Shown: positions 47,701-60,514 of the stretch, piece after piece
Layout of the letters: every line of letters begins with the position of its first letter
Position numbering within the stretch: position 1 is the stretch's first letter
Assembly (NCBI GenBank): GCA_051362555.1
Contig: CM120643.1
Location: 7,998,001 to 8,062,000, forward strand
From: Lingula anatina
Lineage: Eukaryota > Animalia > Brachiopoda
Length of the DNA: 64,000 bases
Reading direction: 5' to 3'
Made by a program: the position numbers and the translations under genes
The notes under the pieces: model-generated
Databases searched by the model: none
What the model was told of the DNA's origin: nothing
What the model saw: the letters and a program-made list of their open reading frames with translations, nothing else

Positions 47701-50485
47701 ATTAGCGTGCAGGACCGTTCCCGACCGCTTTTTAAAGCTTAAAAGCGATATTCAAAGGGACCCTCGTGCTGAATTCTTTCTTCTTTATTGTCAGCACAGA
47801 GATCGATTTATTTAACAACAATATATATATTTGGTCATACTTGTTGCTATACAGAAAAGCAAAAATTATGATCAAATGATATCACGAAATCAGAATAAAA
47901 GTTATAAATAAATTATTGAAGAAGAAATGAGACAGCCTGCAAGGTGAACATAAACTGAATTGACTACCCCCACCCTCCCCCGCCCGGTAAAGGGCCCTGA
48001 AAATTTTTGGTATTTTAGATGGTGAATGGTGCCATTTGGTATGGTTTAAAACTATGATTCAACTAGTGAAAGTCTTATTTCAAGAGGTGAGTTTTTTTTT
48101 TTTTTGCAGAAATTAAAAGGGGGGCGTCAGGACCCCCCTGAACCCCCCCCCCCCCTCTAAATCCAACACTGACAAGGTATCATTCAGTAGAAATTCCAAC
48201 CAATTTCTAAATTTTCAATGCATAAGGCATGATATTGCCCTTTCATTTCCAAATTACTCTCCCAAGAATGCATTCTAGACCCCCTCAGCATACCTCTCTT
48301 AACTTTAGGGCAGGTAACTACATGGCCGGGCTGGTAGCTTTTCAGAGTTACCTGCCCGGCGGTCTGGCTAGTAATTTCCTTGAATTTCATACACTGGTAT
48401 ATGATAAGCATTTGACTGAACTTTTTGTCCACTGAAGTAAGATATGCCTCAAGTTTTAGAGTCTTGAAATATGTTTTCTGTTATGCTAGTACATGTATAT
48501 GCTTGTTGTCTCACAAATATGGGTATATGCCACAGGTTAGTACTGAATAGTCAAATTTTATTTATTTCTACTGTCCAGATTGCAGTAATGACAGGGACGT
48601 ACCTGGGTCTTGAGGCTATGAGAAAGGACAGAGGTGGCAATGGAGGTGTTATCATCAACGTGGCTTCCGTTGCAGGTACAGATTGAAGAAAAATTACTTA
48701 TCTAATATAACTTATCTAATATAACTTTCATCATTTTCTTTGTAGTGGAAATGGGCATTTTTGTGTAAAATTATTAAATTTATTAAAAATGGAAATCAAA
48801 CAAATTACATATTTGAAGGTCGCCCTTAAATATTTTTTTAAACACGTAAATGTATGGTAAGAATAAAGTAATTTTTCTTCAATCAACAGGTTAATATTAA
48901 AATAGCTAATCTCCAATAGATATTAAGCTGTTGATTGAAGAAAAATTACTTTATTCTTATAACATAACATAGCTGATGAAATTCTTCTCTGGCTAGATAT
49001 ATTGGTGTTTTGGTGGAAAATACAAAGCCGTATATTAATTATTATGTATCTGATGAATTTTACCCCAATTATAAGCATTTGCTCCTCGAAACGAGTCATG
49101 ATGATCTGTGACCTCTTAATCCTTTTCACATATTCTGTGATCTGATGGCTTGTCCATTTTTTTCAATTTGAATAATGTCAATTAATTTATTTCATGGTTT
49201 AGTCAAAGTATCTTCTATTAATGTTATACTATAAAACTTTTATTTTATTGTATTCTTTAAATAAATGTGTAATTGAAGCTGATTTGAAGGCTTTTCTTGT
49301 GTTTGCATTATAACTATATCTGAAGGCTTTTGTGTTTTGCAGGTATAATATCCATATCTGAAGGTCCATCATACACTGCGTCAAAGTTTGGGGTGGTGGG
49401 TTTCTCAAAAGCCATAGGGGTAGGTACTGTCCACAGTTCACAGACTGAAGATCAGCATGGCCATTAATATCATTATGTTCAGTGCCTTTGATTTAAGATT
49501 ATACAGTATATTTGCACTTAAAGTGTTGCACTCTCGTTTAACTTAATCCTTTTATGTTGGTTTTCAAAAGAAAGATAATTTACATATTTTTACATATTAT
49601 ATTATATTATATTATATTATATTATATTATATTATATTATATTATATTATATTATATTATATTATATTATATTATATTATATTATATTATATTATATTAT
49701 ATTATATTATATTCAGTTGCTGGAATGACATCATTCCATTCATTTGCACTGCACATTTTTTACATTTATTTGCATTCATTGTTGTAAAAGCCAAATGAAA
49801 TGTAAAAGCAGAAATATTTTTTTGTGCTTTGTCATCTATGAATTTTTTATTTAAAAACCAATGTTATAGTGAAAAATGTATGTATTGAATCAGGCCTGTA
49901 GCCAGGGGGTTCGAGGGGTTCGAAAGAACCACCCCTTTTTGCTGGGGAAAAGGTCCACTCTGGGTAAAATTTGACCTATGTACTTGTAACTTTATGGTAA
50001 AAGGTCCACTTTTTCAGAAAACGAACCCCCCCCTCTGAAATTGCTGGCTACAGGCCTGTGAATTGTCTTTGATATGAAATTTCAAACCATAATTATTCCA
50101 AAAATCCATTGGCTGTATCTAATGGTCAGATACCGCCAATAGATTTTTGGATTTTTGGACACTGAGAAAAGAAGAAAAAGATATTTTATATTTGTTTTCA
50201 TTTCAGGAAGATATTGATTATCCTACACATCAAGTGAGAGTGAACTGTCTTTGTCCTACCTTTGCTGATACTCCAATATTACATAGCAGTGATAGAAAAG
50301 TAACAAAGTCAAGTCATTACAAGCTGTATAAGAAGAGAAAAGAGCTGCTGGGGGTGATGGAGTAAGTATATGACAGAACTAATGGATGATCAACATGGTT
50401 CTGTTTCTACGCATGAAAGTAATTAATATTTGATTCTGTTGAGTCATTTTCATACAGATCAGTGATTTCAAGTTTATATCTAATT

Positions 50486-50519
<34 letters not shown>

Positions 50520-50821
50520 CTAAGCCAAACCATTTCCAATATATTTCAGTAATGCAGCAATTGTGATTCCATTGTTTTAAAATATTCCAATTTGATGGCA
50601 AGGCAAAATGATAAGTGTGACAGTAGAGCTAGAGGACTCAAAAGTAGGACGAGTGCCAAATCTCCCTCACTGTCCAAAAAACCAAGGAATTTTTTTCAAC
50701 CCCCGTGCCCTTCATACTGTGACAAAATTGAATGTGTTTGTTCATTATTATTAAGTACCTGTGCCCCCCCCCTCAACCTACCCCCCTCTCCCTCTTCCCT
50801 TGCGCACGCGTGCGTGCACGT

Positions 50822-50853
<32 letters not shown>

Positions 50854-51109
50854 AGCATAATCCCGGATCAACTGGTCTACAGTATGTGCACTTAACTACT
50901 GGATAATAAAAAAAATATGAAAAAAAAAAAAGAAAAAAAAAAATTCACATAATTATCTCATTTTTGTTTTCAGTCCTCATAGAGTGGGAGATGCCTTCAT
51001 ACAGCTACTCGAAGATGAGAGTCAGAACGGTTCTGTACTTACTGTCACCAGGGACCAGATTAGATACAAGAAGTACCCTCCCCCTCTTACTTTGACAAGC
51101 AAACTGTGA
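44781..51109 (+). CDS. HPGD: 15-hydroxyprostaglandin dehydrogenase-like short-chain dehydrogenase, 7 exons, about 264 aa
   Basis: Exons 44781-44879, 45674-45797, 46054-46160, 48579-48675, 49343-49419, 50207-50361 and 50974-51109 (795 nt, open). Motifs [33 protein letters not shown] and NCLCP; ends TSKL*. Strict orthology versus family paralogue is not established. Confidence 0.9.
45045..45552 (+). repeat. About 172-177-bp tandem repeat x3 in HPGD-like intron 1
   Basis: Recurrent GATAATCTGGGAG..TCCTGGATACAGAACGAAT..TTTGAAAATTTGCA..CCTGTCCCAAATACC..AACTCACCTCGGG. Confidence 0.88.
46758..48396. mobile_element. Non-autonomous hAT- or P-like DNA transposon in HPGD-like intron 3
   Basis: 13-bp TIR CAGTGTATGAAAT/ATTTCATACACTG, duplicated flank GTATATG, subterminal GGGCTGG/CCCG motifs. 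Confidence 0.85.
49583..49712. repeat. (TATTA)n microsatellite
   Basis: Direct reading. Confidence 0.95.
49891..50058 (+). mobile_element. MITE family A, copy 2
   Basis: Perfect 15-bp TIR CAGGCCTGTAGCCAG, 5-bp TSD TGAAT. Confidence 0.88.
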
Positions 51110-54100
51110 AATACATAATATGAAACTTTTATTCTCTAGGTGATTTAGATAAAATTGGCCCAAAAAAGTGCACACGGGCAAAGAGTTAATTAACTGAAAG
51201 GAAAAATGATATGCATATCAGGTTTATACAGTAGCCATGGACATTATTTATATGTTGGAGGAAAGAAAGAAAATGCATTCAAAAACTATTGAATTGACAG
51301 CAAAAACGTGAGATGAAAATTAATCATGTATGAATGGAAAGGTGATCGATCAACCAATTAATATAGTGACAATTTAGTGCTAAATAAAGCTGCAAGTTGT
51401 TGAGAACAGATCGGGAGTACATGATTTTAATAATATAGTTTCTATAAAATTTAAAAAAATACTGTTTATGAAGACTCAGTTTCTCAGAAAAGCAAAAGTT
51501 CTGAAAGAGGTTGGGTGAAAACTTTGGAATGCTTTGGAGTCATAGAGCTAGGGAAACCCATTAGCATGAGGGTTTTGAATGGGCTTTCAATACTTTTCTT
51601 TTGATAACGTGCTAAATGTCAGCATCACCTTATTCATTTGCTCAAAAATATTTAGATTAAGGGGTACTTTCTTGGCATGTGACTTTTCAAAATTCAATTC
51701 CAACATAGTTATGAGAAGCCTGTGTGCTTAAATGTGGCATGTATAAGTCAGATAATGTATATCTATTCTAATACTTGTTTTATTTTGGTGCAGATCAGAG
51801 GCAGAAAGAAGCTGTCTTCTGGGTCTTCCAGAAAATGGTCAGAATTTTAAAGTTAACATTGGCAGGCATCTAATTTTTTCTGTCGGAAGATGGTAAAAAA
51901 TGGAGGATGGATCAACAAAGATAGGGAGATTGTCAGAAAATATCTCTCGATCCGCCCCTGAAAATGATATGTGAAAAATGCATGTTTGTACAAAATATTT
52001 AAGCATACATGAACTCTGTCTGAGTTCTGTACAAAAGTTACGTATTTTTGATAACTGTATGTCCTAATAACAGATAGGCTGTGAATGGCACCTTTAAAAT
52101 TATTAAGAAGTGCACAAAATGTGATATACATGTGTAAGTGTTGCCATATTCTATGTTAACTACCTATCTGAAGGGGTATTTCATACGTTCCAAAAAAGAA
52201 GAAAAAGCATGTTCTCTTAGAACCATTAAGCTTCATAATCATCATTATCGACTTCTTGTCCCATTATCATTTTGATTTTTAAAGACTGTCGTTAATTAAT
52301 CATCACTACAGGTGTGGACAAAATTAACAAGTTGTTAATGAAAAGATGTATGTGGAAAGATTAGCATGATTATAATGAACCTATTGTTAGACCATTCTGC
52401 TTAGCACAATACTTGCTCATTAAACAGAATTGTGATGAATTTTTGTAGGTTGCTAAGACACCACGTATACCAGTGGCACCTGGGTATTAAAATCCACATT
52501 GACTTTATATTGAAAAAAATTGCTCTCGGGAGCCTAATGTTCTATCTTATAAAACACATTATTTGTGGTATTTGTGCCAATATTTTATTTTCAGTTATCA
52601 GATGGTGCCTGCCTTATAAAATACTCTATGTTAATTATAAATCATACAGGGTATATGTGGTAAAAATATCAATATCGCAAAAAAAAATTGCAAGTATTTT
52701 ATTACATGTTTGAATAATTAGTCATCATAATAAACCATAGAAAAATCTGACGTGTATATTATAAATCCCTCTTTTTATTAATATAGTTATGCCGTGAAGC
52801 GAATCCCTCTAAGGTGCAGACATTCTACTCTACATTTTTCTTAATCTAGTATATATTTATAAATTGATGAGTGCTTCATGCTTCCCTGTGCATGGCGCTC
52901 ACTCTAAATTTCAGCAAAACCTTCGTAGAATGTCGGTTAGGTCATTTTTTCGGTGAGATCGGAAGACCACGAGTGGCGTTTGCGCAGAAAGGCATAGACA
53001 CGCAATTTTTACTTCATAACTGACTCTCTGTCTAAAGGCAAAACTGATGCCGATACGCTCCACATGATTGCTGCTTTCATCCAGGCCCCAGAAACCTTCG
53101 GTTGAGTGACTATGTCGATCCCGGTCATTTATAATTTACGTGTGTACCAGGCACGCATGACTAATTGATCTGGATTGTTTGTGAAGCAGTATTGATAGTA
53201 AACTCGTAAATACACAAGTAACAGCATAACCAGGCTAAGCCTATCGATCTGTACTACGTACACGGAAAGAACGCACATCTCGTACAGTGGGGCCCGATTA
53301 ATGTTCTCTGCCGTGAAAAAATATAAACATGCAATTTTCTCAGTACAGATTCTTAATCATTTATTTTTTTATCTCATTTTATTCTATTATTATTATTATT
53401 ACATAGAAGGAGGATAAAGTCTTTTTTTCTACCGTTTTCTTTCCGTTTTCTTGTTCTTGGTTGCGATGCAGTTTTTGTCATTATTCAACAGTTGATCTAA
53501 CAATGGAGACTCAACACGACATTTGTCTTTCCTATATATCATCTGTTAATAATTAAATGTTGTGGTCGCGGGTTACCTGCTTACTAGTTATTTGCATACA
53601 TCACGTAAGGTAAACAATAAATTGGCTGCAAAATCATTAATTTCCTATTTAAAAGGCCTCGGTGAACATGGATGATCATTTTGAGATAGATGTTTTTGTT
53701 TTTTTCCTGCTTCAAGCTATAGTGCATGCAGGTTTAACAATTAATTCTACAAACTCATGTAAACAATTTTTTAGTCGAAGCACTAATGTTATGTCGTCGA
53801 GGTTGTGCGTTTTCAATGTTTTTAAAACGCAAGTAACACCACAACCACGGAAAGCCTAGACAGAGGTAACAGGATCGTATCTAAGGCTTCTTCCAGCACC
53901 GTTTTTACTTTAGTGGCTTTTAAGCTGTCCTAGGACAGGAGACGGTTTGTTTGCACTCACCCAAATTAAACGTCCAGCACAAAAAATCGAAATAAAGGGT
54001 TAGATAATAGGCCTAGGAAATAATGTATACTCCCCGGCGTAACCCAGACATCTATTTGCAATAAACCCGTTTTCTTCCCAAAGTTAATAGGCAGTGAGTA

Positions 54101-55090
54101 GGCCCTGCAGATATAAAATGAATGCACTTTTGAAAAAAAGGGCTGTTCTTTAGAAAATAAGTTCATCTGGATGCGTTATGTATATAACTTCACCTAGCGT
54201 TCAAACAATTGCACTGAGGAAGACTGCAGCAAAGAGCAGTTGAAAATGTCTGCACGTACATCTTTTACCTCGTCCTTTTTTGGATGGAAAAAATGTATCT
54301 CTTACGACTGCAAAAGGGCTGTTCTTGTTCTGGCTGTTGGTTACGATACGGGCTCCATCTTGCCCTTGCTATGACATCTACAACGATGTAGGCCTACAAA
54401 CGCGCTGTTCGATCATTCCGCACGACTTGCTGTTAAGATAACGCGACGGACTGAAGTCATCTGAGACGTCTCAAGCCAATCTGCCGCTACTTGATAATAA
54501 ACCGCATACAGCACATAAGACAAAACAAAGAGAAAAATAAAACGCAGTAAAGATTATTTTGGATTATTTCTCAGAACAAGGAACTTCACATGTAAACAGT
54601 TTTGATTGTTTACTTCTGTGGTTAACAGGCCTCCAAAACAATCTTAATGAATCTCGGGCATTTACATGTCATCATAGCATGAGAGTCAACCAAACTTGCA
54701 TTGATGGCATTTGAGAGTATAGTACTAGGAAAAAAGGTTTGAATCAATAATTCTGTCAACATTTAAAAAACAAATTTGATGTAAAAATTAGGGCGCCGTG
54801 CAAATATCACACAGATCATGGTGCACCAATTATAACGCCTGTGACGTTGTGAAGACGATTCACACACACGCACGCGCGCACACTTCTTACAAGCAAGCGC
54901 ACATTAATTTAAATACTATTAAAATAGCACTTGGGTATTGTTCCAGGTGACATGCCGTTATTGATGTGATAAACCAAGATTAAATGCATTCTGATTTGAG
55001 TTGGAGAGCCCTCGCAAAATATACACGGTGGCAAATTCGAAAAAGCAAATGTATACTATTTATTAGAGGTCATGCACATTTATTGCGTTA

Positions 55091-58000
55091 TGTAAGAATC
55101 GGATAACCGATTTCTTGTTTATTTTGATTAATGTAGACATAAGCGGCCCATTTGCGTGATCTTTTATGTGAGGAGATAGGATTGCGGGGAGAATTGATTG
55201 ACACTTCAACAGCGTGGCTGTTTTGTAGTTAGCATTCCGTAGGAATAGACATTTTTAGCGACACTCCTTTGTGCTTTTATGACAGTTCAGACACCACATG
55301 GTATAATAATGTCAAGTTACTTTAGATGTTCAGTGATTTTGTAGAGGAAATTCAGCTTTCCAGGATAAAAAGGAATAATTGACATCCACGAAAGCCAGCA
55401 ATGTGAGTTTTTTATGATTGCTCTGTTGTACTGTATAAGTTAGTTTAACATTCTTAATGCAGTTTAAAATTGTTTGTAACACTCTGTTTTATTTAAGAAG
55501 ACTTATTTATGTTTGTTTTTTTTTGTTTTCGTTTTAGTCAGAACCATTGGACTACAAGTACATGCGTTTCTGATGCTGGTTACTGAAATAAACATACAGA
55601 ATATTATTCAAGACTTTATTGTTTTCACTTAAGATCCGTGGGATCTTACAGTTCTGAATTGGCTTTCCAACCATGTCACTTCAAGAGGAAATAGAAAGAC
55701 AGCGTCATTTAATTGAAGAATTAGAGAGAGACATTGATCAATCTATTCACTCTCTTTTAAGAGACATAAAGAGAGAACATTCACTTCTTACCAGTACACC
55801 GCACAATGTAGCTACTAGTACATCAATCAGTGAAGCTTCTATAAGCCCCATACCTCATCCAGGGACACCATACACATGTAGATCAGAGGGTATTTCCACA
55901 ATGAATGCAGTGTCTGTGACATCTCCTGTCACAATGCCATCACTTAGTGCATTAAGTTCGAACATTCCAGCTTTCAGCCAGACGACATTCACATCTCACA
56001 ATGTACCAGTTGTACCACAGTCTCAGTCTGCAATATCAACATCTAATATACCAGTGTCTGTTGCGGTACCACTCACACCTTTTCCTAAACCTGTTTGGAC
56101 AATGCAGGCTGCCCCTCTCACTGCTTCGCATGCAACACAGTCCATGACACCACAGGATGACCGTTTACTGGGAAGTATTCCTGTATCATGTGAATTACCT
56201 GCGACTTCTCAGCTTACAGTGCCATCTCCAGCTGTATTTAGTACAAGCTCACCCGACTTTATTCACATATCACAACCAAATCTTTATCATCCCCATGGTG
56301 CAGTAGCATTCTCCGCATCTCAGACTCCGATTCCAACGACATTTGAAACAACAGCGTCTGTCGCAGTGCCACCCGCACCCACGCCTGCATACGATATCCC
56401 ATCTCAGACTATACAACACAGTGCAGTATATACACCAGTATCTGAGGCTATTCCACCAACAAGTGACTCATTGACCCCACTGATAGATGCAATGCAGTTG
56501 CCAAAGGTAGAATTGATGCCATTTAATGGGAACCCTCTGCAGTACCACCCATTTATGAGATCATTTGAAAACATGGTAGGACATAAAAATGTCCCTCACG
56601 CTGCAAAATTGGCCAGACTCTTGCAATATTGTCGCGGTGAAGCTTATAATCTTATACAGTGTTGCTGTGTTATGGAACCAGAACAGGGATATGCCACGGC
56701 TTTAAAGTTATTGAAAGAAAGGTACGGAGACAGTTATACTATTTCCCAGGCCTGGATACAGAAAATTATGAACAGGGGACCGGTGACGGATAATGTAGCT
56801 TTTCGGCACTTTGCTGATGAGTTGAGATGCTGCTTTGAAACCTTGCGTGCAGTTGGGAGAAAGGAAGACATAAATAGTGGGGACTACCTACTTAAGATTG
56901 TACAAAAGCTGCCCCAGTATATTAAACCCAGATGTTTGAAGTTGGTACACAGTATTCGGTCTGAAGGGAGAAATCCTGACATAGGGGACTTGGTTAACTT
57001 TATCTCTTTAGCAGCAGACGAAAGGAATGACCCCATTTTTGGCCAGCTTCTGTCTACTGGCAGAGAAGGAAGGAACACACAGACCACTGCCAATTACAGC
57101 ACAAGTACCGACAGTCCACTGTGTGCCTGTTGTGGCTCACATCACAGTTTATTCAACTGTGAAGAATTCAAAGGTTTGAGAGTACGAGATAGACTAACTT
57201 TAGCAAAACAAAAGAATTTATGTTTCAATTGTTTGAGAACAGGACATGTCGCCTTAAGATGTCCAGTGAACCGAGTATGCTCTGTAGAAGGGTGTGAACA
57301 GAAGCATACAAAATTTCTACATCTACCCCAGAGAAATGCAAACCAGAATACAGATGAAATGGATACTGAAGAAGTTGCTTGTAATGCCACAGGGGCCGGG
57401 GTGGGTAAGCAAAAGATTGCACTTCCCATCATTAGTGTGAAGGTCCGTGGGCAAGGTCAAACCCAATTTGTTGAAACATACGCTCTTTTAGATAGTGGCT
57501 CAACTCAGAGTTTCTGTTCAGAAGAGTTAACGAGGTCATTGAACTTGGAATCTACAAGGAAAATTCACAACATTGTTTTAAACACACTTGGTCGCCAAAA
57601 GAGAGTATTCAGTAAATCTGTAAACTTGGAGGTGACAAATGCAGATGAAACATTGATATATGATATGACAGATGTATTGACTAGGCCCAAGCTAAATATA
57701 GGCACTGATAAAATTGTTACTCAAGAAGAGTTGGACAACTGGCAACATTTGAAGGACATAAAGTTACCAGAGGTAGACATTGACCAAGTGCACATTCTTA
57801 TTGGACAAGACATGCCAGAATTACTCAAACCAAGAGAGATCCGAGAAGGAAAGACAGGTATGCCATATGCAGTGAGAACAGCACTGGGATGGACAATCAA
57901 CGGTCCAATTGGAGAACGGTCAACAGAAAATGTTTCTAGTTATTTCGTGAACACTTCCAATGATCTCCAGGACCAGATCAAGAACTTGTGCAAGCTAGAT

Positions 58001-59522
58001 GGACATGATGAAGATTTTTCAGCTATGTCTGTCAATGACAAGAAGGTTATGACTACCTGGAAAAATTCATTACACTATGATGAAGGAAAACAATACAGCA
58101 TGGACATTCCATTCCAAGAGCAGCCACTAAATCTCCCAGATAACCGGTCTGTGGCAAATTTCCGTTTTCAGTGCCTTAAAAGGAGATTAAAGAAAGACAA
58201 GTGGCTCCAGAAAAGGTATATGGAAAGTATGGTAGAACTACGAGACAAAAGTTATGCAAAAGAGATGAAAGAGGCCTGTAAAGACGGCGGTTATGTTCGG
58301 TATCTGCCCCACCATCCAGCATTACACGCCAGAAAACCAGATAAAGTAGATAAAGTACGTATTGTTTACGACTGTGTAGCCGAGCACAAAGGCATTTCCG
58401 TGAATGATGCAATATATCAAGGCCCAGACTTAACAAACAAACTGATTGAGAATTTACCGCGTTTTAGGCATCACCCTGTTGCTTTATGGCTGATATTGAA
58501 GGGATGTTTTTACAAGCTAAGGTGAACGAGAATCATCGTGACTTGCTTCGATTCTTGTGGTGGAAGAATGATGATATGAACAAATAAGTTCAAGTTTAAA
58601 TTACAAGGCATATGTTTGGAGGGGTATTGAGTCCAAGTTGTGCATTATTTAATTGCCCTACGGCGTACTGCGCTGGACGATTCCTCGAATTTCACCTCTC
58701 AGGCTATACCTGTAGAAACTGTATTGCGGAATTTTTATGTTTATGTTGTCTCAAACCAGTACCTGAACACAACATGGAATCTTCAAGAGACCAGTGACAA
58801 AACTTTGTCTTCTGGGAGGTGTAGACTGATGTGACGGAGGTTAAAGTGGTTAAGTCATAGACCTTTTTAATTACAGCGTAGACAAAATATTGTAATCTGG
58901 GTCTGTAGTTAAATTTATAATATAATTTATGCAATGTGGGTACATGTGCATAAGGGGCCGGTGTAAGAATCGGATAACCGATTTCTTGTTTATTTTGATT
59001 AATGTAGACATAAGCGGCCCATTTGCGTGATCTTTTATGTGAGGAGATAGGATTGCGGGGAGAATTGATTGACACTTCAACAGCGTGGCTGTTTTGTAGT
59101 TAGCATTCCGTAGGAATAGACATTTTTAGCGACACTCCTTTGTGCTTTTATGACAGTTCAGACACCACATGGTATAATAATGTCAAGTTACTTTAGATGT
59201 TCAGTGATTTTGTAGAGGAAATTCAGCTTTCCAGGATAAAAAGGAATAATTGACATCCACGAAAGCCAGCAATGTGAGTTTTTTATGATTGCTCTGTTGT
59301 ACTGTATAAGTTAGTTTAACATTCTTAATGCAGTTTAAAATTGTTTGTAACACTCTGTTTTATTTAAGAAGACTTATTTATGTTTGTTTTTTTTTTGTTT
59401 TCGTTTTAGTCAGAACCATTGGACTACAAGTACATGCGTTTCTGATGCTGGTTACTGAAATAAACATACAGAATATTATTCAAGACTTTATTGTTTTCAC
59501 TTAAGATCCGTGGGATCTTACA
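55091..59522 (+). mobile_element. BEL/Pao LTR retrotransposon, non-autonomous (pol largely deleted), recently inserted
   Basis: LTRs 55091-55650 and 58962-59522 (TGTAAGA...TCTTACA), TSD CGTTA (55086-55090, 59523-59527), PPT AAGGGGCCGG (58952-58961). Confidence 0.97.
55673..58525 (+). CDS. BEL/Pao Gag-protease ORF running into a truncated RT (950 aa)
   Basis: LPKVELMPFNGNP (DUF1759-type Gag), three Cys/His knuckles, YALLDSGS protease and YLPHHP/VRIVYD/GPDL RT start. A frameshift near 58485 is followed by RDLLRFLWW, a stop, FYVY and then the BEL C-terminal RPVTKLCLL. Confidence 0.93.
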   Translation: MSLQEEIERQRHLIEELERDIDQSIHSLLRDIKREHSLLTSTPHNVATSTSISEASISPIPHPGTPYTCRSEGISTMNAVSVTSPVTMPSLSALSSNIPAFSQTTFTSHNVPVVPQSQSAISTSNIPVSVAVPLTPFPKPVWTMQAAPLTASHATQSMTPQDDRLLGSIPVSCELPATSQLTVPSPAVFSTSSPDFIHISQPNLYHPHGAVAFSASQTPIPTTFETTASVAVPPAPTPAYDIPSQTIQHSAVYTPVSEAIPPTSDSLTPLIDAMQLPKVELMPFNGNPLQYHPFMRSFENMVGHKNVPHAAKLARLLQYCRGEAYNLIQCCCVMEPEQGYATALKLLKERYGDSYTISQAWIQKIMNRGPVTDNVAFRHFADELRCCFETLRAVGRKEDINSGDYLLKIVQKLPQYIKPRCLKLVHSIRSEGRNPDIGDLVNFISLAADERNDPIFGQLLSTGREGRNTQTTANYSTSTDSPLCACCGSHHSLFNCEEFKGLRVRDRLTLAKQKNLCFNCLRTGHVALRCPVNRVCSVEGCEQKHTKFLHLPQRNANQNTDEMDTEEVACNATGAGVGKQKIALPIISVKVRGQGQTQFVETYALLDSGSTQSFCSEELTRSLNLESTRKIHNIVLNTLGRQKRVFSKSVNLEVTNADETLIYDMTDVLTRPKLNIGTDKIVTQEELDNWQHLKDIKLPEVDIDQVHILIGQDMPELLKPREIREGKTGMPYAVRTALGWTINGPIGERSTENVSSYFVNTSNDLQDQIKNLCKLDGHDEDFSAMSVNDKKVMTTWKNSLHYDEGKQYSMDIPFQEQPLNLPDNRSVANFRFQCLKRRLKKDKWLQKRYMESMVELRDKSYAKEMKEACKDGGYVRYLPHHPALHARKPDKVDKVRIVYDCVAEHKGISVNDAIYQGPDLTNKLIENLPRFRHHPVALWLILKGCFYKLR

Positions 59523-60514
59523 CGTTATATTTATTTATTTGTTTATCTCATTTTTATTTTCATTTCCATTTATCTATTAATTTCGTCCTACTTGAAGTAA
59601 ACTGATGAGAGGAAAATAAATATCAAGGGTTAAAAATAAAGGGTCGCTCACAGAAAAAGGTGGATCGTAATAGTGCAAATCTAGCTACGTGTATTCTTTC
59701 TGCGAAAGAACGCTATTCTCGATCTTATCTCAACACCCCACACTAAATTACCCAAGGAGTGTTGTCGATTACCACGTGCACTGATTCACGCGGATCGTCA
59801 TGACCGAAACCGGTAATTTAAAAGAACTTAACTGAGAGTTCTCTCCATTAGGTTCGCACAGGTTAGGGCCAGCGTGACGTAAGTGGGTACGGGGGCTTAC
59901 CTGTACAAACCAATGGGAATCCGACACTCAGACACGACCCCCTCCCCCCCCCCCCAACCACCCCCCTCCAACCCATCAGTAGTGAGTCAGGTTTGTCTGG
60001 TCACATTCTAGCCTATTATATTGTTACGTGACTTGCCTTCCAATGCTGGCTGCGGTGTGTTTGTAAACAAGTCTATGTACTACGCATTTAGTTTCTGCTG
60101 CATCACATGGCATGAACAAAAAGAGGCACCCGACCTCCACATAAGGTCGGATAAGGTGACTTGAAATGAAGAAAAGGCAATGATAATACTCTGGGACTAA
60201 GGGTGAAATCAAATTCGTTCCATCATGTACATGTGTACATATGCACGTATAGAAAAACTTGCAGATAACGCATAACTTAGACATTTTCTATTTTTACTTT
60301 AAGTCAGCAATTTATGTTAGTGCTGATGTCATTCCCATTCACCCTTACTACGACTAAATCGTTGAAGGTACTATGTACGTATTTGAAAATTTTCCAAAGT
60401 CATTTTCGGTCTACATATCCTGCTAAACTCAGACCTTTAAAACTGTAAAAGTACCTGCCATTGATACAGTTCCCTCTGAAATGACCGGCCATTTAGAACT
60501 AAATCATTAAATAT

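Noticed and set aside
49554-49787. Low-complexity ORFs (YYIIL, YIYI, IIII types; also 7250, 14325, 60714)
   Set aside because: They are translations of microsatellites.
55651-55672. PBS of the BEL element (TGGCTTTCCAACC)
   Set aside because: The position is plausible, but I cannot assign a primer tRNA without a tRNA set.
55673-58525. Domesticated Gag gene (Arc/PEG10-like)
   Set aside because: Near-identical LTRs and an intact TSD indicate a recent mobile copy rather than an old domesticated locus.
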